In this document: positions 12,557 to 23,202 of the stretch, one piece after another | Position numbering within the stretch: the stretch's first letter is position 1 | How the letters are laid out: each line of letters begins with the position of its first letter | NCBI GenBank assembly: GCA_043228905.1 | Contig: JBHGNT010000010.1 | Span: 6,386,001-6,450,000 of the forward strand | Origin: Azolla caroliniana | Taxonomy: Eukaryota > Plantae > Polypodiophyta | DNA length: 64,000 nt | Direction: 5' to 3' | Translations under genes and position numbers: made by a program | Notes under the pieces: generated by a model | The model's input: the letters and a program-made list of their open reading frames with translations, nothing else | What the model was told of the DNA's origin: nothing | The model's database searches: none

Positions 12557-14816
12557 CACAAGGATCACCATGGGATGTTATATGGTCATGCATGTAACAT
12601 CACTCAATGAGACTAAAACTCTTCAAACATGACACTAAAGCTCTATCTATGGTTGCAATTCAATGAGAAAATCATAAAGTTGATGTTTGGAAAGCATAGT
12701 ATCCTTCACCTTGTTGAACATGTCTAGGAACTCCTCAATTATGTCTCCCGATGAAATAGGATTCTTGTCAACTACTACTACTATAAATTCGGGCCATGGA
12801 ATCTTATTCAAGAGGATTTGATATTTATGGAAAATTCTCAATCTATGATGCAAGACTTAACTCCTAGTTCCAAGAGAGAAGAGGAGAAGAGCTTGATGAT
12901 TGTAAGTTGCATTGAACTCAACTTCTTCCATATATCTTGCATTTTCAAACAAAATGGCTCCAATTTTACATTGTTCCATAGCGCATTTTGGAAATAGTCC
13001 ATTAGTGTTTCTTCATCCTCGGTAATATCATCGACCAAAAGGAAAAAAATCTACCTCATAACCTGAAATAGGGCAATCTCTTTTGTTACAATCATAGAAT
13101 CTTTTGTAATGCACTTTAAGTTGATAGGCTCACTTATATAACTTATTATGTTGTTGTGCCTTTTAAATTTAACACCTACTTGTTAACTTCTAAGGAGTCT
13201 TTGGTTCTCTTGCTCTATTGTCATTGATTTATTTGTGAGATACTTCACATCAAATAGAAGATGCATGCTTTTTTTCCAAAACAAAAACTCCTTGCATTAG
13301 TTATAAATTTTTACAGTTGTGAATATTATATACATCTTATGGTTCCACCAAAGGAGCTTGATGGTTCGTGGAGACTAGCTGATTCAAGAAGGAGAGAGGA
13401 TGACCATTACTAGATGAAGGCTAAGAGTTTCGTTTCAGCTCCTTTGGATCCACTTGTTATGCCATTGTATTGGCTCTTTAGTGTGGCTAAAACTTCCTTC
13501 CATATCTCTTGCAATAACGTTGCTTGGTAAATACCCGCCTACAATGTTGTTTCCATACAGTCCATAATTTCAAATATCATGACTCGATCTTTGGCATTGA
13601 TGTGGGATGAGTGAACATTGTCGATGTTGGAAAACAATATCTCTTGTGTCTTTATCACTAACATGATCCCCTCGTCAATCACAAACCTAGATGCCACTGT
13701 GGAATGTAGGGATTGAACCCACGACCTCCTGGTCTCCATTGGGGAACCTTACCAACAAAGCTACACCCATATGGACATCCTTGTATAAAATCCAACTTGA
13801 TTTATTGTAGATTGCACACTAGAACTTTCTAGAAACTTCTAGAGAATGCATCCTCATGCATTCTCTGGAAGTTACCTATCTTGCATGCATCCTCATGCAT
13901 TCTCTAGAATATTCCTAGCTTGCATGCATACCTCCACCTTCTTGTATAAATACTCAAGTGCACCTTGATTCTAATCAAGGTGAACAACACCGAAAAGAGC
14001 CTTTTGGAGAATATATGACCGGTTCGGAGTTGATCGAGGAGAGTTGGAATTAAGGGTACAAGGTGATATCATTCGGTCTCATCAACGCCCCGACAGTCTT
14101 CCAGCACATGATGAACAATATATTTCGCGAGTATCTCAATTACTTCGTGGTAATCTACCTTGATGAAGTCCTAGTTTTTTCTTCCAACATAGAGGAGCAC
14201 ACATAACATGTCTGACTGGTTCTAAGAAAACTTTGGGAACATGGGCTTTACGCCAAAAGTGAGAAATGTGAATTCGATCAGACCTCTGTAGAATTCTTGG
14301 GCTGCGTGATCTCACTCTCGACACGAAAGGTAGCGGCAATCACAATGGATGTGTGAAAGATAGCGGTTGAAAGAGGTACAATCATTTCTTGGTTTCACAA
14401 ATTTCTATAGATGATTTATCAAAGGGTTTTTGTCCCTAGTGCAACCTCTAATCATGCTTACTAGAAAAGATACCCCATTTCTTTGGACCTCCGCGACATA
14501 AAGTGCTTTTGATGCCCTCAAGGCAACTCTATCGGCCCTAGTGTTGGTCCACCCTGACCCAAGGAGACCCTTCTAGGTTGAAACCGACACCTTCGACTTT
14601 GTCATTGGAGTTGTCTTGTCCCAACTAGATGTCGATGGCACACTACATCTCATGGCTTTCTACTCCAAGAAGTTTACAACCCCAGAAATCAATTATCTAG
14701 TCTATGACAAGGATTTTGCAATTATCATCTCTATCTTTGCCGAATGGCGACCCTATTTTGTTGTGGCCCAACATCATATCCAAGTGTTGATGGACCACAA
14801 GAATCTAATCTACTTC

Positions 14817-15246
14817 TGTCAGGAACAGTACTAAGACAGAGAAGGACTTAGTACTAAAAGAAGTATTAGTACTAAGAGAGGTGAAGAACTCTCGAGAGAA
14901 GGAAAGAGTGAGTGAGAGGGAGGGAGAGAGAGATCGAGAGAGAGAGAGAGTGATGATAAGAAAAGATATATATTATGTGAAGAAAATGTACAGTAGCTAG
15001 GAGGCTTAAGACTAGCGTTGAACTGATTTGGTTCGAAATAATGCCTTGTGCCTCCTTTTATAGTGTTCTAAGGAATACTCCTGAAGTTTCTAGAATGTTC
15101 CAGAGAAATCTGGAATATACATCAATTTTCTATAATAAAACATAAATGAAAATAATATTTTACATATTACAATGTATAATCTAATGGTCAAGAGCTCGAC
15201 CCATGTAGCATAAGGTCATGGGTTCGAGTATTGTCATATCATGACA
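14817..15246 (-). repeat. 3' LTR, family A copy 1
   Basis: Direct repeat of 20008-20437. Confidence 0.97.
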
Positions 15247-15264
15247 CTATCCCCCCTTTAAAAC

Positions 15265-18200
15265 GACGAGTGTAACGAGTCGTTTTGGATTGAGGACCCG
15301 GTTTGTTTGGATATTGACGATGGAAGTCTTCAAGAAGAGCACGAGCATTGGTGACATTCTCTATCGGTTCCCAAGTACGCTCGTTGGGACTATATCCTAG
15401 CCAATCGACTAGATAGTAGAGCTTGTTACGAACAAGCTTGGAATCAAGGATGGCGGCAACCTCGTACTCAGGTCCATCTTCAAGCTCGATCGGAGGTGGA
15501 GGCTATGTAATACGGCCTGGGATGGTGCTCTCTTGATAGGGTTCGAGGAGAGAACTATGAAACACCGGATGTATCCGAAGTTGTGGAGGTAGATCAAGAC
15601 GAAAAGCGACATCATTAATCTTTCCTATAATACAGAAAGGACCTAATCGCCGATAATCCAACTTCTCGCATGGGCGAGTAGTCTTGATGTGTCGTCAGAG
15701 TAGCCATACCCGATCTCCAATGTTAAAACTAGATGGGAGTCGATGCCGATCCGCATAAACCTTGTGTGTTTGTTGAGATTGTTGGAGATGAGTAGACAAA
15801 TCCGCTTGTATCTTGCGTAACCTCTCCAAGCGATCCTCTGCGCAAGGATTTATGGACACCTCTGGGGTTTCAAGTACACACCACCGGGGGTGACATCCCG
15901 TATAAGCATAAAATGGCGTAACTTTCGTGGATGCGTGGATAGAGTTGTTATAGGCAAATTCAGCGAAGTGGAGAATATCTGCCCAGTCATCCTGATGATA
16001 GCTGAGAAAGCACCGCAGATACTGCTCCAGCGTTTGATTGGTTCGTTCGGCTTGGCCGTCGGTTTGTGGGTGGTAGCCAGAGGAGAGGTTACAAGTGACC
16101 TTGAGCATGTTAAAAAGGTGCTTCCAGAATTTTGACACGAACTAGGGTCCACGGTCGCTGATGATACTATCGGGAAGTCCATGATGCCGACATACTGGAG
16201 ATCTCCTTAGTACATGGCAAGAAATGAGCCATCTTCGTATATCGATCGACCACTGTTAGAATCGCATTGAACCCCTTAGAGACTGGAAGATCTGTGATGA
16301 AGTCTAGAGCAATGGACTGCCACGGCTTGCTTGGAATTGGTAATGGTTCTAATAAACCATATGGATGATGCCTTGGCATTTTCGCTCTACAACATGTATC
16401 ACAAGTCCGAACAAAATCCTCGACAAATTGTCGCATACAGGGCCACGAGAATGATCGTTGTACTAAATGTAGTGTTTTAGTACTACCAAAATGCCCAGTT
16501 GTATATGTGTCATGACAGTTTTGTACTACTTGAAGGCGCCAAGAACCATTAGGAACATACAAAAGTTCTTTAAAGAAGAGTAATCCATCATGGTATTTGA
16601 ATTGCCGTACCTGGTGGTTGCGACTGTGAACACGACGCTCGAGAGGGATCAATTTGTGCTAGTATAGCTTGGGCGAACGCATCTGTCTTCAAGTCTTCGC
16701 GTATGGTATCGATAACGTGGGAATCCATGGGCATGTCAAAGATCTGTGTTGCTTGTAGTCGTGCCGGTCCCAAGATGACTTGTTTTTTGTTATTGAAAGC
16801 TGGCTCGCCAGGACGGGGTGCTAGATACGAACGCCGTGATAATGCATCTGCCTTCCCTTGGTGCTTCCCCGGACGATATGTAATTTTGAAGTCGAAACGC
16901 GTGAGGAAGTGGGCCCACCGAGCTTGACGTCGATTCAACACACGAGCATCCTGAAAGTAGGCAAGGTTCTTGTGGTCACTAAATACGGTGACCGGATGAG
17001 AGGATCCCTCCAGAAAATGCCTCCATTGCATAAAAGAATCCACTATTGCCAATAGCTCCTTATCATGAATTTCGTAGTTGATTTCGGCGGCGTCAAACTT
17101 GCGTGAGTGAAAAGCCACAAGATCTAGCTTCTTACCATTCCCTTGTTGTGACAGAATGCTCCCCAATGCAAAATCCGATGCATCAACTTTGATAATAAAT
17201 GGTTTTTCCGGATCGACGTGAGCTAGAATTGGAGCCGATGTAAATGCCTTTTTAAGACTTTTGAAAGCTACATCTGTTTCTTCAGACCAGATGAACGGTT
17301 GTCCCTTCTTGGTAAGTTGTGTGAGAGGTAGAATGATCTTTGAGTAATCTTGTATGAACTTCCGGTAAAAATTGGCAAAGCCTAGGAAGCATTGCACATC
17401 CCGCATCGAACGCGGAGTCTGCCATTCTACCACCGTTTTGACCTTAGCTGGGTCCATGGAGATGCCTTCTGACGAAATGATGTAGCCGAGAAATTCCACT
17501 TGGTTGCACCTGAAACTACATTTTTCCAGCTTTGCATACAGACCATGTTCTCGAAGTCGTTTTAGTACTAATAGTACATGAGAATCATGTTCTTCTTGGG
17601 TCTTTGAATAAACCAGTAGATCATTTAAATAGATGATCAAACAATCATCCAAAAGATCTCGGAATATATCATTACCCATGTGCTGGAAGACTGCCGGTGC
17701 ATTAGTGAGGCCGAATGGCATGACCGTATACTCGAAATGCCCATATTTGGTGCGAAACGCGGTCTTCCATTCATCTCCTGGTCGGATCCGTACGAGGTTA
17801 TATGCTCCCCGTAAGTCGATCTTCGTGAAGAACCTGGCACCATTGATCCGTTCTAAAAGACTTGAGATAAGGGGAAGAGCATACCTATTCCTGGTTGTAA
17901 CCTTATTCAGGCCACGGGAATCTACAACGAGACGAAGAGATCCATCCTTTTTCTTGACGAAGAAAATGGGCGCGCCCGCTGGAGATTTCGAATGCCGGAT
18001 GAAACCATTTTCCAAATTCTCCTCTATATAGGCCCAAAGGACTTCCAGCTCGGTTGGTGACAAATTGTAGATCGGTCCCCATGGCGGCTCTTTTCCTGGT
18101 TGTAAATCGATGGGGCAATCGTACGGTCGATGGTGAGGATGTGTGTTGGCTTGTACTTTATCGAACACATCGGCGTAATGATGATACTTCTCGGGAAGTT

Positions 18201-18790
18201 GAATGGTGGATTCTTCTTTAGTGGTGCTGGAGGGGTTTATTGATATTGCAAAGAGGAACATTTCCTCCTTGTGCCCTTCTTTACGCAACTGACGTAGCGA
18301 AATGGTTGCCATCTTCTGAGTTGACCCTTGGGTTTGTCGACACCGGATTTCTCTTATTCTCCAATCTATGTCTGGGTTATGTAACTCGAACCACGGTAAT
18401 CCTAAAACTATGGGATGTTCTGGGATACTAATAATATTAAATGATACTACACATGCTTAGTTATCTAGGACAATATTAATGGGCTCTGACTCTTCTATGA
18501 TATTTCCGGAGGCAATGGGACGTCCATCAATGACTACTACAGAGGCTGGACACTGGAGTTTTCTTAGGGATATCTTATGAGCTTGAGCAAATTTCTTATC
18601 CATAAAGCAAGAGTTAGCTCTGGAATCTAGGAGTGCTATGACATGTACTGGAGGGGTACTTTTAGTACTAACTATTACTTGGGCTACGAACACATCACTA
18701 ACTTGCTTAGAGGGAATGGAACCACTAATGGGCTACACAAATCTAGGGCTGTCCAACCAAACGGCTCCTATTTTGGCTGGACTTAGTCGT
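15265..18790 (-). pseudogene. pol: pol polyprotein (PR, RT, RNase H, integrase, chromodomain), disrupted
   Basis: ALLDSRANSCF (PR, G to R). ORF 16588-18312 has YLND in place of YLDD and includes RH. HHCC at 16167-16652 and INT core at 15695-16138. YEVAAILDSKLVRNKLYYLVDWLGYSPNERTWEP chromodomain. Several stops and short deletions. Confidence 0.95.
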
Positions 18791-18795
18791 TTAAC
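18751..18795 (-). promoter_or_regulatory. Putative -1 ribosomal frameshift signal between gag and pol
   Basis: G-TTA-AAC heptamer, 6-nt spacer, 11-bp stem GTCCAGCCAAA/TTTGGTTGGAC. The -1 frame runs into the protease ORF. Confidence 0.75.
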
Positions 18796-19934
18796 TCTTC
18801 TTCTAACTGACTAAGGACATCAAATCTGTTTGCTAGATCTGGGCTATTAGTACTATTAGGACTATCAGATATCCCTACTGAAATAGGCTCGGGTTTAGTA
18901 CAATTAGAACTAACGACTATTTGGTTTACCTGTCTTCTTGGCCTATGGGGGCAATTTATTGCAATATGTCCTGGTCCACCGCAGTAAAGACATAGTCGAT
19001 TTGTACGGCGTCGCTGCTTTTCTTCTTCGGATAATGACCCTCGACGACGTGTAGTGTCAATCTCCATCGGAGTCAGAGTATTCGTTGGAGGCGCATTATA
19101 TGACTCCCTCGGAAAAGGTCTTGCTACCACTGAGGCATAGGTGGGCTCTGATCTTGCCCTCGGCATCTGTAGCTGTCGTTCCGAACGTCGCTCAAAGAGG
19201 CGTTTGTCACATCTCACCGCGTGACTGATTGCTTCTGTTAAGGACTTTGGCTCTTCGGGGAAGGTCAAGAGTAAATCCTTGACGTCGTTGCGTAAACCAT
19301 AACGGAATTGCTCCATCAACGCTTGATCATCCCAAGGAATATCGGCGGCGAGTAGGCGAAAATCTGCAGCGTATGCGGAGGCTGGACGGTCACCTTGGCA
19401 TAATCGCCGAATTTTGTTGATTGCGGTCCTGATGTTGTCAGTATCTCCGAAACATGCTTTAAACTCACCTAGAAACTCTTCAAAATTGTTGAGTAACGGA
19501 GATTCCTTTTCTAATAGTGGAACGAACCATGCCAATGTTGAGCCACTTAACAAAGTGCCTACTAAACCCACCCGTGATGCATCTGTGGGATACCGGGAAG
19601 GATGCATTTGAATAACTAATCGTACCTGGTTAAGGAACCCTCTAAACTGCGATCGCGTTCCATTGAACTTCGTGGGAAGGCCAATCTTGGGTTCTTTATG
19701 AATCCCTCGTGTTCCGGGCTCTTGTTGTTGCATCGCTACGATGGTTGCTTCGAGTTGTTGCACGCGTAACGCAAGTTCCCCATGCTGTTGTTGCGTTTGC
19801 TGCTTTTCTAAGGAGATTTGTTGAAGATCCCCCAGCAACCGTTGGTTTTCTTGTTCCAAAGCATGGAACTTCTCTTTCAAGCATTGAAATTCCGAGAAAA
19901 CAGATTGATATTCTTCAGAGCTAACAGTGGCCAT
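18783..19934 (-). CDS. gag: Gag, 383 aa, intact (coiled coil, retrotransposon capsid, CCHC knuckle)
   Basis: PKIGLPTKFNGTRSQFRGF, LCQGDRPASAYAADF, FRYGL, TPMEID, CLYCGGPGHIAINC. Confidence 0.95.
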   Translation of the reverse strand: MATVSSEEYQSVFSEFQCLKEKFHALEQENQRLLGDLQQISLEKQQTQQQHGELALRVQQLEATIVAMQQQEPGTRGIHKEPKIGLPTKFNGTRSQFRGFLNQVRLVIQMHPSRYPTDASRVGLVGTLLSGSTLAWFVPLLEKESPLLNNFEEFLGEFKACFGDTDNIRTAINKIRRLCQGDRPASAYAADFRLLAADIPWDDQALMEQFRYGLRNDVKDLLLTFPEEPKSLTEAISHAVRCDKRLFERRSERQLQMPRARSEPTYASVVARPFPRESYNAPPTNTLTPMEIDTTRRRGSLSEEEKQRRRTNRLCLYCGGPGHIAINCPHRPRRQVNQIVVSSNCTKPEPISVGISDSPNSTNSPDLANRFDVLSQLEEELND

Positions 19935-20007
19935 GGGATGAAAGAAAAGAGGAATAAGAGATTAGTAGGAAATGAGAGAGACAGAAGGTAGAAAAATCGG
20001 TTCAAAT

Positions 20008-20437
20008 TGTTAGGAACAGTACTAAGACAGAGAAGGACTTAGTACTAAAAGAAGTATTAGTACTAAGAGAGGTGAAGAACTCTCGAGAGAAGGAAAGAGT
20101 GAGTGAGAGGGAGGGAGAGAGAGATCGAGAGAGAGAGAGAGTGATGATAAGAAAAGATATATGTTATGTGAAGAAAATGTACAGTAGCTAGGAGGCTTAA
20201 GACTGGCGTTGAACTGATTTGGTTCGAAATAATGCCTTGTGCCTCCTTTTATAGTGTTCTAAGGAATACTCCTGAAGTTTCTAGAATGTTCCAGAGAAAT
20301 CTGGAATATACATCAATTTTCTATAATAAAACATAAATGAAAATAATATTCTACGTATTACAATGTATAATCTAATGGTCAAGAGCTCGACCCATGTAGC
20401 ATAAGGTCATGGGTTCGAGTCTTGCCATATCATGACA
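20008..20437 (-). repeat. 5' LTR, family A copy 1
   Basis: Direct repeat of 14817-15246, with TATAAAAG on the minus strand. Confidence 0.97.
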
Positions 20438-23202
20438 ACTTCGCCACCAGTGATACGTTGAATTGGAGGTAGGCATGTTGGGCATCTTTTCTCGCTGACC
20501 ACGACTTCGAAATCTTGTTTCGACATGACGTTCAACATGAGAAGGCTGATGCCCTCCCTCGATGGCCAGATTTCACACTACGCCGGGGGGCAACACATAT
20601 TCTCAACTATCACATTGTTTGTTGAGGCCCAATTAAGTCTAGATGTTCAGAACTTGCCTGTTGCATGATGATTCTTTGCTCAACGATATCGCTAAGGCAA
20701 CCATGTTAGACCTGTTCCCTAAGGAAATCATGGCGCGCATCAACAACCTATCTAAGGAAATGAAAAGCTCGGATCTCAGTCAATTTACAACTCGGGATGG
20801 GCTACTATACCTTAATCACCTCTTTTATGTTGTAGAAGGATCATGTCACACCCGAGTACTACAAAATTGTCATGATGACCCTCTTGCCGGCCACTTTGGG
20901 GTCATGAAATCACTAGATTTGCTATGTTGGGAATTTTGGTGGCCCCAACCTTAGAAATTTATCTAAGAATTTATTAAGAAGTGTCACGTCTATGCTCGCT
21001 CTAATGCAACTCACCATTGGCCGTACGGCCTTCTCCACCTGCTCCCAATTCCACGTCGACCCTGGGCCTCCATCTCCATGGACTTTATAACCAACCTGCC
21101 TCGTGTCAGTGGCCATGACATAGTGCTAGTGATTGTTGATCGGTTTTTGAAGATGACTCACTTTCTCCCATGTTCTAAAACCATTTTAGGGGAGGAGACG
21201 ATAGACCTTTTTCTTAAAAATGTCGTTCAACTACATGGCTTGCCCAAGGATATCACCTCTGACCAAGGTTCTTAATTCATCTCCCACTTTTGGCGACAAC
21301 TTCTGCAGACATTTGGGACTTTTGTGAACTTGTCATCACATACCATCCTCAAACTGATGAACAAACCGCAAGAGTCAACCAAATCCTTAGTTGAACAATA
21401 CCTCTGATGTACCGTAAGCTACCAAAAATAGGATTGGATGGACTTCCTCGGAATGGTGGAATTTGCCTACAATAATAGCATCCATGCTTCAACTAGGGTT
21501 TCCCCATCCTTTGCAAACTATGAGTTCCACCCTCGTTTCAACATTTCCATTCCTACAAATTCCATCAATCCTTCAACAGAGACACGTGCCCGCACTTTAG
21601 AAGATGTCCATCGTGACCTCTCCCTTGAGCTCCATATCGTTGGAAACCAGTATAAGGATCAAGCTGACCATCATGGCTTGGCTACACCGACCTTTGCAGT
21701 CGACGACATGGTTTGGCTGCTACGTCACCACCACATGTCCCTGTGCTAAACTAGAATACAAAAATCTAGGCCCCTTCCATATCATCAAGTGAATCAACCA
21801 AGTCACCTTCCGGTTAACGCTTCCCCAAGAATTCAGGATTCACAATGTTTTCCACGTTTCCCTCCTCGAACACTACCATCCTTCTCAAATTCTGGGACGA
21901 AAACCTCCTCCACCATCACCCATGGAATTGTCGACAGGGAGGAGTACGAGGTTGACCAGATCCTCGACTCCCACTTGCATCATCGACAACTTCAATATTT
22001 GGTCTTATAGAAAGGTTACCCCATTTTTGACGCCACTTGGGAACCGGTTACACATTTGCAAAATGCTGCAGAGGCCATTCAAGCTTTTCATCTATGATAC
22101 CCACATAAGCCGGCCTCTGGTCTTGGGAGGCGGCCTTAGAGGGAGGATAATGTCGCAAACCTAGATGTCATTGTGTTTATTATGCTTTCTTGGTCCATTT
22201 TATAAAAATGGTTGATGGTCTTTTTCCTATTCTCAGCATTCGCACAGAGTATTTGAAGTTCTGCTACTTCTTTCGACCACTTTTCCCATATTGCCGCTGA
22301 ACATCCCATCGCGGTTGCCAAATTAGTGTTTATCCTAGACTAGGTCTCAGTCGCAAACACAATGTATTCCCTTCCCAGAATACTATCCAAAGTTGGTTGG
22401 AAAGATGAATTGATACACACATACGATTATAATTTCTCCAGTTATTTTGATACACTTACACAGTATCCGGTTATGGATTAACACGCGTAAGATTATTACT
22501 TAAAAGTGCAAAAGTGTTGTCCGCCGGAAGCGGACTAGTGGGAAAAGAGTGAAGAAAAGAACAAGAAGCGTATTATTATAGTAGGAGCGTTAAAAAAACG
22601 CATGTAACGGATCATGTAGGAAGCGTAACCGACTATGCCCTATGTATATAAAGGGCATAGGAACATTGTACAAGCTAGCACAATTTTGGAGCATAGGTTC
22701 TCTAATATAGTACCGTCTTCTCTGATCTCTGTCTTGAGTCTCCCTTGCCTCTGTCTCTGTGTCGATACATAGCGTAATTTTCTAAAAGTTAGTAGTGCGT
22801 CTGTGTTCGTCTACGCACGGTAGGAAGGAGCTCGGTTGTAGCCGTCTCCAGTTAACGATTAGCCTTCACGAACAATGAGTGACGCTCTATCCTTATAATA
22901 CGATGTAGCTACGCATCGTACACAAATCCATTCTCTGTACCACGATCTCCTTGAACCTACCCCAGATGACTGAGGGTAGGTTGTGTTCCTAATGGGTAAC
23001 ACTTTTGGCACACGTGGTGATCTGTGAATCCTCACAACCAAGCAACAGGGAATGGATGTCTAGCCGCCGATGCAACCAAGAACCGACTCGACAAGATCGA
23101 CCATAGACCAGGTCCTTCACCCGGAAGACAAAAGAACGCGCTACACGAAGACCACGCCTCAGCGATTGCGTTTCCTCTGTCTCGGAGTATACGCTCAAAT
23201 CG

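Larger units (their letters stand above)
14817..20437 (-). mobile_element. Full-length Tcn1-like chromovirus (family A, copy 1)
   Basis: 430-bp LTRs at 14817-15246 and 20008-20437, about 7 differences by eye. TG...CA ends. TSD ACTTC at 14812-14816 and 20438-20442. PPT at 15247-15259. Order gag-PR-RT-RH-INT-chromodomain. Confidence 0.97.
13677..22175 (+). mobile_element. pol: Older Tcn1-like chromovirus (family B), deleted and degenerate; hosts the 14817-20437 insertion
   Basis: LTR start TC(A/G)CAAACCTAGATG(C/T)CA(C/T)TGTG is shared at 13679 and 22153. RT (FGLINAPTVFQHMMN...IYLDE), RH (EINY..YDK) and INT (HDDPLAGHFG, SMDFITNLP) are present. Chromodomain EYEVDQILDS...WEP at ~21940-22050. PPT AGAGGGAGGATAA at 22138-22150. 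Confidence 0.85.

Noticed and set aside
12647-13670. Possible very old gypsy gag remnant on the minus strand (DYFQNAL..VK, IPWPEF)
   Set aside because: Too degenerate to support a call by eye.
13706-13764. tRNA-like segments as real tRNA genes (also 15175, 20366, 43729, 50717, 60357)
   Set aside because: I could not build an acceptor stem or anticodon arm. They are treated as tRNA-derived modules within LTRs.
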